Assembly (NCBI RefSeq): GCF_009914755.1
Contig: NC_060941.1
Length of the DNA stretch: 64,000 bases
Origin: the human T2T-CHM13v2.0 reference genome, Homo sapiens
Direction: 5' to 3' (one strand)
In this document: positions 15,940 through 27,529 of the stretch, piece by piece
Layout of the letters: each line of letters opens with the position of its first letter
How positions within the stretch are numbered: the stretch's first letter is position 1
Program-made: the position numbers and the translations under genes
The notes under the pieces: generated by a model
Told to the model about the DNA's origin: nothing
Database searches by the model: none
What the model saw: only the letters and a program-made list of their open reading frames with translations

Positions 15940-16950
15940 TGCCCCGGGCCCCTGGGCAGCCGCGGAGGCCGAGCCCCGTCGCTCTCCAGCGCTCCTTGCC
16001 GCCCGCGCCTCGGCTTCACCGGCCTCGCCCCAAACTTAAAAACACCTGAGCAGGAGGTTGAACGATTCCCTCGGAATCTCTCCTCTTCACTAACCCAGCG
16101 AACCACCCCAAATGCCCCTATCCTCCCCCAAATAAAATCCGCAGAGCAATTAACAAAGATACTCGGCCAAGCCCCGGTTTCCTCATCTGTCCCTGCCCCC
16201 TCGAACTTTCTGTGCTTCCCCAGTCTCGACCAGGGACAAACTGTGCTGAAGCTCAATGACTTTCTGGCAGAAGTGAACCTCCAGCTTCGTTTTCTGACAG
16301 CCGTGGTTCTTCACAGGCCTGGTTTCCCACTCCGGACCCTCCACTGCCCCTGGTGGCGGCCACCATCTTACCCCCAGCTCCAGGGTCGCGCTGAGGACGC
16401 GGCCAGCCCCCAGCCGCCGCAGTTTTGAACTACATTTCCCACCAGCCCTTTCTCAACATCGCGAGAGTTCCGGAGAGATTGCCGAGAAGACTTGCGCGCA
16501 GGGGCGGTCTCGCGTTCTTTTCGAGGTCGGCCGCGTGGCTGGAAGACATGGCCACTCCAGTCGGTGTTGAGCACGGCGAGCAGTCTCAGGCCTTTAGTGA
16601 TGATGGTAAGGCTGCCTGGGTGGGAAAACGGGGTCTTCCTTGACACGACACTAACATACTTGGCTTCCCTTCCTCAGAGACGAAGTGGTGACGATAATCT
16701 CGGTTTCTCCCTCATAGGGTGGTTAGGAGGGTTAAAAGTACTGGATGAGAAAATGCTTTCCAAACGTTGAGAAAATGTTACTATGTGAAGGGAGAGAGCT
16801 CAAGCCCGTCCTCGGCGTCATAGGGCCGGCTTCTGCGGGGGAGAGCGCCTAACAACCTGGGCAGCCCCGTGCGCCTCCGCCGCGCGTGTGCTGAGCGTCA
16901 TGCCCAGGGGTCTTCGGTGCCCGCGCACGGGCAGACTCTGACGATGGTGG
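15940..16950 (+). promoter_or_regulatory. SNHG16: SNHG16 CpG-island promoter
   Basis: CpG-dense; ACTACATTTCCCA (ZNF143/THAP11-type) at 16429-16441; TGCGCGCA (NRF1-like) at ~16493-16500; GC box at 16501-16507; pyrimidine initiator/5'-TOP CTTTT at 16517-16521, typical of snoRNA host genes. Confidence 0.8.
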
Positions 16951-17537
16951 TTCTTAATTCAGCATCAGGAGTGTTAACGTGTGAAGACGTGATTCCGCTT
17001 GGAGTGTCTTGAGGACGGCCCCAATCGGTAGTTCATATTTAGCTTTACAGATAGGAGTCAATAGGATTGTAAACTTCTGGAAAGCCGTAGTTTTAACAAC
17101 GAGCCTTTTTTCCTCCCCCAGAGGCCTTTCTTTGTTTGGCATCTGCAGAGACGGTGAAAAGCAGAGCTCCAGGTTGAAGGATCAGAGTAATAGATGGAGC
17201 CCTTAACATGAGTAAGAGTGGGTGCAGGCAGGGCCTGAGTGGTCACTAGAAATGAGAAAGCACAGTTGGTGCCATCACATACATTCACCTCCTGCTTTAT
17301 TCTGAAGTTCAAGTATGAGAATACGTGTTGACATACAAGCCAGCTATGGTAAGAAATTACTCAAAATTCAGAATGCTAATTATTTTAATGATAAAAATGA
17401 GTAGCGTCTTTGCCCGTGTGATTTGGGGCCACTAGGTGTCATTGTAACCAGCGTGGATCCTCGTTAGGGCATGCAGGGATGAAAGAGACATGGCAAATGA
17501 ATTTTGGATCGCTAGGATTTAGGAATCTTTGTTATTG

Positions 17538-17617
17538 GCTGAGCTGAGGATGATTTAAAGTTATCCCTGTCTGAAATGGTATCTTTTGTGAGGAGGTCTG
17601 ACTTGCTGAGGCTCAGC
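17538..17617 (+). ncRNA. SNORD1C: C/D box snoRNA SNORD1C (snR38 family, 28S rRNA 2'-O-methylation guide)
   Basis: Terminal stem GCTGAGC/GCTCAGC; C-like AGGATGA; guide AGTTATCCCTGT before D' CTGA (17571-17574); D box CTGA at 17606-17609; guide complementary to LSU rRNA ACAGGGAUAACU. Confidence 0.9.
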
Positions 17618-17748
17618 TGTTTAATACAAATCTGGAGAATAAACCTTAAGGTGGTTTCTGTTAGAATGAAGCCTGTTATCCTTCTCTTTTAGATTAAAGG
17701 TGGTGGCTGTGGCCTTGAAAACAGTCATGTGAAAACTCATCACCTTAA

Positions 17749-18752
<1,004 letters not shown>

Positions 18753-19085
18753 TATCCTACAATGCATACAACAGCCTGCATGAGGAATAATTGATCCACC
18801 CAGTATGTCAGTAGAGCTGAGGTTGAGAAACTCCTGTATACCACACGTTAGGCTAACTAGAGATCTGAGCTCTAGTCTCAGCCTATTTTCTCACCAGAGT
18901 CTTGTTTCTTCATTTGTGAAACAGGGTTAGTGATTTCCAAACTTGATTATTACATCAGAGCCACCTACAAAGTGTTAAAATATACACATTCCTGGGCCTC
19001 ACCTCCAGGCATGGGTGAGAATGGCTCTGGAGTGGAGTCCAGGAATCATGTGGCCAGTCCAAGAGCAAGTGGGTAGTAACTAGAT

Positions 19086-19325
19086 CAGGGGTGTCAATCT
19101 TTTGGCTTCCCTGTGCCACATTGGAAGAATTGTCTTGGGTCACACATAAAATAAACTAACACTAATGATAGCTGATGAGCTAAAAAAAAAAATCTCATAA
19201 TATTTTGAGAAAGTTTACAAATTTGTTGGGCTGCATTCAAAGCCGTCCTAAAGTTTACAAATTTGTGTTGGGCTGCATTCAAAGCCGTCCTGAGCCACAT
19301 GCAGGCTGTGGGTTAGACAAGCTTG
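19086..19325 (+). mobile_element. MER30-like hAT DNA transposon with internal ~40-bp tandem duplication
   Basis: caggggtgtcaatcttttggcttccctg...gttagacaagcttg; duplicated aaagtttacaaatttg(tg)ttgggctgcattcaaagccgtcct. Confidence 0.7.
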
Positions 19326-19367
19326 AAGTAGATGATCTGATCTGTTTTTAGTGCAAGGATTTTATTA

Positions 19368-19739
<372 letters not shown>

Positions 19740-19855
19740 AGTCACATGCTTGCTCCACAAAGAATTTGCGTGAGGGAAGTGAACAATTTGATGAGAAAAA
19801 AATAGTTTGCGTGTGCTGTGGCTGTTAGTGCTATGGTCCAGCAGGTTGGTGGGAG

Positions 19856-19939
19856 CTGAGTCCATGATGATTTCAAGTTATCCCTGTCTGAAGGCAAAGA
19901 AAGGCCTTTCTGTGTGGAATTTGAATATCTGAAACTCAG
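19856..19939 (+). ncRNA. SNORD1B: C/D box snoRNA SNORD1B
   Basis: Stem CTGAGT/ACTCAG; C box ATGATGA at 19864-19870; guide AGTTATCCCTGT + D' CTGA (19888-19891); D box CTGA at 19929-19932. Confidence 0.9.
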
Positions 19940-20382
19940 TTTCCCAAGTTTGCCTTACAGAAATTTTAAGTTACTTGAGAGTTACTCTGTGTGTATCTTC
20001 TTAAGTAGTTTTTTTTCTTAATTTCTCTTCCCAGGTGCAGTCAGCCTCAGTTTCCAAAGCCGGAAAAGGATCCTCTAGTAGCCACGGTGTGGCAGCTGCT
20101 CTGAACCAGGACCTGGACCCGGACCCAAAGTGCCATGTCTTTAATGTGAGTAAGTAGACGAACTGGTAAACAGGCTTGGTTTGGTTTGGGGGAGTGGTAA
20201 TCTTTTTTGCTTCCCCTGCTCTGGACTTAAAGCAATGGGGGCAGGGAGACTTTAGTAGCATTTTGTTGCTAGGTGTCTGCAATAAGAGACGAAACTGAAC
20301 TGCTTTGCCGGAAACAAGTGAAATGATTGCTTTCCTGTTTGTAAGCTTTGTTTACATCTTTCGTATCCGTAAGAAGTCCCAC

Positions 20383-20450
20383 AAGCCTATGATGGTTAGT
20401 TATCCCTGTCTGAAAATCTGGACTGAGGGAAATAATCTATTCTGAGGCTT
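20383..20450 (+). ncRNA. SNORD1A: C/D box snoRNA SNORD1A
   Basis: Stem AAGCCT/AGGCTT; C box ATGATGG; guide AGTTATCCCTGT + D' CTGA (20410-20413); D box CTGA at 20442-20445. Confidence 0.9.
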
Positions 20451-21044
20451 AAGGGTTTGGCTCCATGGTTTTTTTTTGTTTTTGTTTTTTTTCCCCTTTT
20501 TTTTTCCCTCAGCATATCCTGCTGAGAGCCCAGTCTAGAGCATCATTCCTCTAAAACGTGAAAAGCAAATGAGTGATTGTCCTGCTTTCTCTAGTCCTTT
20601 GATTATGGCTCTGAGGATACAGGCTGTATGAGGTGGCAGGAATGCACAAGTACCCAGGATTTGATTTATGCCCTTATTGTGGAATGAAAGTGCTTGTTAC
20701 ATATTTCAAGAAAATGAATGCGCTCTTAGAAACAGATTGGAATGTAGGATGTATGCCAGCTTGTGGCAATGAGAATGCTTAATGACTCTGACCTTGCCTC
20801 TGCTCCAGGGTCCTGACATTTAGGGGAAACCACGGCTGTTTGGTTTCTATGTGCTTTGTTAAGGACGCCAGGGAGGTCTCCTAAGTTTGTAGCTTAGATC
20901 CTGTCTGAATGTCACGACTGGCATGTGAGCAAGAAAGAAACCAAGTGGTGCTGGAGAGTGGGGTGCCCAGCTTTGTTCCCACTGGAATGCCAGGCTTGAA
21001 GTGCACACAGATTGCCTTTCTTTTCTGTTGAAAGGGGAGGTGTG

Positions 21045-21353
<309 letters not shown>

Positions 21354-22338
21354 GAAAGGGGAGGTGTGTGCAAACTCTTTGTATTTAAGGTTGTGTTTTT
21401 GCTGGACACCAAAGAAGCTGTATTCTGGGTGAGATTTAATGAGCCTAAAAACTGGCCCCAGTAGTTTACAGCCTGCAAGTAAAACAGTGAAAAGGGTAGC
21501 TTATCAAGTGGTTATTGTCTGCTGAGTGGACTTGACTACAGAACTCAAGTAAACCATAAGATTTGACTTGAAATGTTTCTATCCAGAGGGAGTGCTTTCT
21601 GATAGTTGTTTACTGGCCTCTTACCAGAAACTGCTCCCTCAGAGATACTGTCTCCTTAAAATGAGTCATCCTGGATCTCCACCAGCCTGCACCAAAATGG
21701 TGTGATAGTGCCCCGTTACGCTCCCCCAACGCGCACATGCCTGCCGGTGGTGAGAGTGAGTGCTCTTGGACTGACTGCCTGTTCTCCCAAATTAGTTGTT
21801 ATATAGCATTCAGTTTTGAGTCACTTCCTTGGCTGTTACTTCAAATTATTCTTCTGTTTTATAGGTTAGCTCCCAGCGATGCCAGATGGGATCAGCACAG
21901 CCCTGCCTCTGCTGCTAATTGTTCCTCTAAAGTAATCGCCATGCGTTCTTTGGGCTTCATCTTTAAAGGAATGAAGCAACTGAGATTATTCTGGAAAACC
22001 TTTTGGCAGTTAGTGAAATTAGAGTACAACTAAGAACATTTTCAGACCTCCACTGTGGATGACCTGGGTATAATCTCACAAATCGATGGGACTGCAAGGA
22101 TTGTAAACTGAAATGAACATGATTATACTCTGTTGGAAGAGCCTAAGAGGAAACTGATGCCATGAGTTTCAGAGAGTAATGCTTAACCCCAGTTACACAG
22201 GATGCCGTCTTGTGTTTCCTCTTGTTTAGTTACCCACTACAGTGATTTTGTGATCTGCTAATGGGTTGCCACCCACAACCATTGCTTTAGCACTTTTACT
22301 TCAAATCAATGAAGGATTGATAAAAGTTCTCCTGGTGT

Positions 22339-22428
22339 CTCCGCAGAGTGCCTTCCAGGAACAGATCTTTGCATAGAATATCAGTGGTTTCCTTTTTTGT
22401 TTCAAATAGTGGTCAGAAAATACCCAGT
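22339..22428 (-). pseudogene. Decayed partial copy of ST6GALNAC2 exon 9 inside the SNHG16 last exon
   Basis: Manual alignment to 24882-24975: about 74/90 identical plus one 4-nt gap; translation WVFSDHYLKQKRKPLIFYA vs [19 protein letters not shown]. Confidence 0.85.
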
Positions 22429-22489
22429 GTTGACTCACCAAGGCAATCAGCTTCCTTTTTCCCTTTTTTTGTTTTTTTTTTAACATTTT

Positions 22490-23169
22490 ATATTTTTGCT
22501 TTATTTTATTTTATTTTATTTTATTTTATTTTATTTTATTTTATTTTTTGAGACGGAGTTCCACTCTGTCGCCAGGCTGGAGTGAAGTGGTACAATCTTG
22601 GCTCACTGCAACCTCCACCTCCCGGGTTCAAGCAATTCTCCTGGCTCAGCCTCCTGAGTGCTGGGACTACAGGCGCGTACCTTCTTTAGTAGAGACTGGG
22701 TTTCACCATGTTGGCCAGGATGGTCTCTATCTCCTGACCTTGTGATCTGCCTGCCTCAGCTTCCCAAAGTGCTGAGATGACAGGTGTGAGCCATCAGACC
22801 CAGCATTTTTTTTTTTAATTTAAATTTAAATTTTTTTTCATTTTTTTGAGAGGTTTTTTTTGTTTTGTTTTGTTGTTGTTGTTGTTGTTGTTTTTGAGAC
22901 AGTCTTGCTCTGTCACCCAGGCTGGGAGTGCAGTGGCATGATCTCTGCAACCTCTACCTCCCAGGTTCAAGCAATTCTTGTGCCTCAGCCTCCCAAGTAA
23001 CTGGGACTACAGGTGCACGCTACCACACCTGGCTGATTTTTTTTGTTTTAGTAGAGACAGGGTTTCAACCATGTTGCCCAGGTTGGTCTCAAACTCCTGA
23101 GCTCAGGCAATCCACCCGCCTTGGCCTCCCAAAGTGCTAGGATTACAGGTGTGAGCCACCACACCCAGC
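22490..23169 (-). mobile_element. Two antisense Alus within the SNHG16 last exon (~22490-22804 with (TTTTA)n tail; ~22853-23169)
   Basis: Alu consensus, reverse orientation. Confidence 0.9.
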
Positions 23170-23311
23170 TATTTTTTCTTTCGTTTTTTAATTTTAAAGT
23201 TGGGGGGGGTCTCAATTTGTTACCCTGGCTGGTCTCGAACTCCCGGACTTAAGCGATCCTCTGGCTCCAAGCCCACTACCAGTCTCAGGTTTCTTTACTA
23301 AAAGATCACTA

Positions 23312-23437
23312 CCTTTTTTTCTCTTATCTGCTGCCATGTGAGATGTGGCTTTCACCTTCCGCCATGATTGTGAGGCCTTCCCAGCCACGTGGAACTGTAA
23401 GTCCAATAAACCTCTTTTGTAAATTAAAAAAAAAAAA
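23312..23437 (+). mobile_element. THE1/MST (ERVL-MaLR) LTR fragment ending in poly(A)
   Basis: ttccgccatgattgtgaggccttcccagccacgtggaactgtaagtccaataaacctc followed by an A run. Confidence 0.75.
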
Positions 23438-24070
23438 TCACTATTTAAGATACTAGGATGGATTGTGACTGTTGAGGAGTACTTACATATCCTACATTTG
23501 ACTACATTATTTCCAAACCAAGTATTCCATCCAAAGGAACATACTGCTATCATAGAGACCAAGGAGGGACTGTTTAAGGTTGCCAAGGTGAAGCGAGCTG
23601 AGAGGCTTTGTCCTCGTGCCAGTAACTCTGAAATCTCTCTTAATTCCTGCTGTCCAGGCAGCAGAATGCCATGGTTTCCCCAAGTAGGTAGCTGCTTTAG
23701 CAGTTAAAGCCCAAATGTCTGTTCTGTTGATCAGAGGTCTCTGAATTTCTGAAGTGGTGTTTCGTTTCTGGTGACTGAGTTAATCCTTTACAATCCCTCT
23801 TGTAAAGTGTGCTAATAGAAAGAATCCACCTTTCAAAGCTGCAGAACCAGACCGTGCCCTAAATTGACCAACGTAACTGATGTGCCTCAGGAAGTCTCTT
23901 GCCAGCTGTCCCTGTGAAGACCCCCCTCCTCCCCCCCCAGCTGCTGCCTTGCACACTGAAGCATCTCAGACTGTGCAAAGCCGTGTAGTCATCAAGACAG
24001 TAAATCCCAGGGCTTGGTTAAGTGCTGTGTGATAACTTGTTTGGATGAGACTTAACTTAAAACCACTTAC

Positions 24071-24076
24071 AATAAA
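24071..24076 (+). terminator. SNHG16: SNHG16 polyadenylation signal AATAAA
   Basis: Canonical hexamer at the end of the last exon. Confidence 0.7.
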
Positions 24077-24136
24077 CTTGGGAAACTACCGTCAGCTGAG
24101 TTCAAATTTACTGACGCCATGATATGAGGATGAAGG

Positions 24137-24142
24137 TTTATT
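24137..24142 (-). terminator. ST6GALNAC2: ST6GALNAC2 polyadenylation signal AATAAA (distal; a proximal one is at 24381-24386)
   Basis: TTTATT on the + strand ~700 nt past the stop codon. Confidence 0.7.
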
Positions 24143-24838
24143 ACCTGGTGACATCATCCTGTTGGTGACAAGGTGGTGATACATCTCTAATGGGACTTCA
24201 GGCAGGCTGCCAAGCAACTAACCCCCATCAAGTGCCAGACCCTCCCAGTGTTCTGAGAGTCATCTCCATGCTAAACAGCCTGCGTTTTATATGATTTCTC
24301 TACCCAGCCAAAAAAAAAAAATGGTCCATCATGTACGCAGTTATCTAGTCTTAAGTTATATTCTGGCTTTTTTCTCCCACTTTATTATGGAGCAGAAGTA
24401 AGCCTATCATGTTCTTAGAAAGGCTCTTAAGAGGTGTCCTGGAGTCCTTGAATCACTTTAGCATCTGGGGTAGGATGTGCCACCAGGAGGATTTGGGCTG
24501 GAGCGTGTGTGTTTGCCTTTGACCTGGACTGCTGTCTGATCTTGCTGAACACTCCACCGACATTTCCTAAAGTTGCTCAGTGCCAATCCAGCAAAGCAGT
24601 CCATTTTCCCTTGGCCAAGATTGAGATGTATTGTTTTAGATACAGAAGAGTTCTTGGATGAGCCAAGGACAAGCTGGGGTGTCCTATATTGAACAGACCT
24701 CGATGAAAATCTTGAATTCACCCCAGTGCCCTCTGTTGGCAAGGGAAGGTGAAGATTGAAAAGTTAAAAAAGCTTTTGGCCACTTGAGAGGATCAGGGCC
24801 GCAACTCTTGAAGAAGCAAAGGGCTCAGTGCATTGGGG

Positions 24839-25006
24839 TCAGCGCTGGTACAGCTGAAGGATGCCGGCCTTGTGCAGGTCCCTCCACAGGGCAGCTTCCA
24901 GGGACAGATCGTGGTTTGCATAAAATATCAATGGCTTCATTTTTCGTTCGAAATAGTGGTCGGAAAATTTCCAGTAGTTGCTTGTGATGAATCCATAGGC
25001 ACTGAC
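24839..25006 (-). CDS. ST6GALNAC2: ST6GALNAC2 exon 9 (VSAYGF...YANHDLSLE...LYQR*; end of sialylmotif S, motifs III and VS)
   Basis: Acceptor ccag|GTCAGT; 168 nt; GT29 motifs HY and HxxxxE. Confidence 0.96.
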   Translation of the reverse strand, partial: VSAYGFITSNYWKFSDHYFERKMKPLIFYANHDLSLEAALWRDLHKAGILQLYQR

Positions 25007-25310
25007 CTGGGCAAGGATAGTCGCTGGATTAGTATTTGTTGAGCGTCTAGTGTGTACAGACACTTGGGTGAAGTGACATGAGTTTAGAAAGGTGTCCGTC
25101 TGCTGAGGTGAGGATAATGGTCTAGGGCTTATTCCCACTTAGCAAGTGGGGAGATGGATTCAGGGGTGACTCACTGTGTCCCCACTTGGCATAGCTGGTG
25201 ATTGCCAGAGCTGGATTTGGAATTCAAGGGTGGAGGCAAAAGCCCATTACTACTCTCTCCATCCTAACTGGGGACTGCAGTCAAGACACTCCTGCATCAG
25301 AATAGGAAAA

Positions 25311-25573
25311 GGCCCTGTGTGGTGGCTCACGCCTGTAATCCCAACACTGGGAAGCTGAGGTGGGAGGATCACTTGAGCTTGGAAGTTTGAGACCAGCCTG
25401 GGCAACATGGTAAGACCCTGTCTCTACAAAAAGTAAAAAAAAAAAAAGAGCTGGGCGTGGCAGTACATGCCTGTGATCCCAGCTACCCAGCTACTTGGGA
25501 AGCTGAGGCAGGAGGATCATCACACCACTGCACTTAAGCCTGGGTGACAGAGTTGAGACCCTGTCTCAAAAAA
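25311..25573 (+). mobile_element. AluJ SINE
   Basis: Diverged Alu. Confidence 0.85.
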
Positions 25574-25921
25574 GAGGGAAAAGATTTAGGTGTGAGTTGT
25601 GGAGAGGCATTTGGCCCCCAGCTCTCCATACCAGCTTTAGCATGGGTCACGGCCTCTCCTTGAAAGCTGCTGCTTGGCCCCTGCCTCCATGAGCTTCACG
25701 TGGGTCATATCCCATCAGGAATGACTCTTAACGGTGATTTCAAAGTAGTTGCATGTGGGAGGCTAAACCTGCTGCCCTACCCCAGCTCTAGGATGTCCCC
25801 ATAAAAGAATGTCCCTATTTGGCCCAGTATGTTGAGGACTTTGGCTTTCACAAGGGCAGTTTGATGATTTGAGCCTTAAATACCATACTGAGTGGCTGCC
25901 TTGGAGAAGAGTGAAAGAAGG

Positions 25922-25985
25922 AAGCCTGGGGCAGGTGTCAGGAGCCAAGGCAAGCCTGAGGCAGGTGTCCGGAGCCAAGGCAAGG
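25922..25985. repeat. 30-bp tandem duplication (2 copies, each with a CAGGTG E-box)
   Basis: aagcctg(g/a)ggcaggtgtc(a/c)ggagccaaggc x2. Confidence 0.9.
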
Positions 25986-26185
25986 CTGGCCCAGGACCTG
26001 TCCTTCAAAGGCCCCAGGGTTGTGGGCAAGGAAGTGAGCAGTACCAGCAGCACTCTTGGAACTGGGGATTCCACGAACAGAGGCCAAGAGTCCCAGCTCC
26101 GAGGTAAGGGATATCAGGGGATCCTGTTGGGTTCTGTTATCCTGTGTTCTGCCGGCATGGGCTTCTGGAAGAGAAGGCCTCTTAC

Positions 26186-26285
26186 CTGGTCACAGGTATG
26201 CAAAGCTGTCAGCAGCATGAGAGCCCCGGTACTAGGCATATATAGGTCTCCAAAATGTGTGTTAATCAACTTTGATTTCAAGAAC
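26186..26285 (-). CDS. ST6GALNAC2: ST6GALNAC2 exon 8 ([33 protein letters not shown]; sialylmotif S)
   Basis: AG/GT boundaries, 100 nt, PSTG...C motif. Confidence 0.96.
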
Positions 26286-26877
26286 CTGGAAGCAAAAAGA
26301 GACATTTCAGCTCACTAGCTTGATGGCTATCATCACACTTCACAACTACACATTCAAATAGGTGGGAAAACTTCAAAAACTGAGGGCCTTCTACTCCAGT
26401 CAGTTCTTTATTCGGTCCAAGTGGACTAAATACAAAGATCTTTGAGACCTTAGGTAAGGTTGGGGGAGGGGGTGGTGAGAAAGGAACCACAGGTTCCCCC
26501 TTTTGGCAACAGCTTGTTTTCACCCCAAGCTACTAAGTAACCACACTGCCAAGGGCATAGGTGGCCTGTTTATTTAGCCTGAGACTGCAGTTTCTCTCTA
26601 CTCCACATCTTGATTAAGTAGGAATCACGTGTGAGGGACAGGGAGCTCAGACCCTGTGACCGGACCCACACAGTCCAAGAGTGAGGCCAGGGTGTGACCA
26701 CGGGCTCTGCCCTCAGGCCTGAGTTCACATCGAGCTGTGCCAGGCCGATCACCTGACCTCTCAGAGCCTGTCTTCCTCTGTAGCACGGGACTAATTAGAG
26801 GGGCTTCATTTGCCTCCCCACATCCACACACCCCTCTCCAACTGCTCCCTGCCCTGGGATTCGAGCCTCTGGTCCAC

Positions 26878-27040
26878 AGCAGGGTTTCTCAGTCTCAGTG
26901 CTGTTGACACTTGGGGCCAGGTGCTTCTTGTGATGTTCAGCAGCATCCCTGGCCTCTACCCACTGATGGCACTTGCCCCCACCACCCTTGTGACAACCCC
27001 AGACGAGGACCATATGCACATCCACATTGAGAACCCCTGG
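26878..27040. mobile_element. MER20-like DNA transposon
   Basis: cagggtttctcagtctcagtgctgttgacacttgggg...ttgagaaccc terminal inverted repeats. Confidence 0.6.
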
Positions 27041-27445
27041 CAGGAGGGAGGGAAGGGGGTTGAGGCTGGTCCCCGGGTTCCTTCCGGCACCTTGTGTTGG
27101 CTGTGTTTGGGCCTGAAGGTTCTGATGCCCTGCTGCTGACGGCGCCACTGCTGCTGTGCACCTTATGGTCCCAGCTCCCAGTCTGTGCCTTTGTATAAAC
27201 CTCCTTGAGTTATCCTGAGTTTCCTGTCCATTTCCTGGTGACTGACATATATCACCCTCCCTCTATCAAGGTGCTAAATAAAACAGTAAATGAAGTGACA
27301 GTGCTTTGCACACAGCACTCGGGACAGTGGAGCTCTGGTTATCGGTCAGTGCGTGGGGCTCGTGCGAGGGCGCTGACTGGATGTGGGTGGGTGTGTAAAA
27401 GGGGGAAGGAAGGGGACGCTGTTCTTCAGGCACCCCACTCCGTAC

Positions 27446-27529
27446 CTTTCTGTCAGGTAGCTGATGAAGTCCGGATGTAGCAGCTTGAATTTACTGGCAG
27501 AGGCTTCTGGTCCAAAATAGGCGTGCGGC
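27446..27529 (-). CDS. ST6GALNAC2: ST6GALNAC2 exon 7 ([27 protein letters not shown])
   Basis: cctag|GCCGCAC ... GAAAG|gtacg; 84 nt, in phase with neighbouring exons. Confidence 0.96.

Noticed and set aside
15916-16428. 170-aa ORF upstream of SNHG16
   Set aside because: Non-ATG start in a GC-rich promoter; no coding features
16933-17010. Possible degenerate snoRNA (GACTC-TGACGA...GAGT) in SNHG16 intron 1
   Set aside because: No intact D box and no recognisable guide
23969-24153. Short matches to ST6GALNAC2 exon 8 (tgcaaagc.gt; ttacctggt.aca)
   Set aside because: Too short and not collinear; consistent with chance
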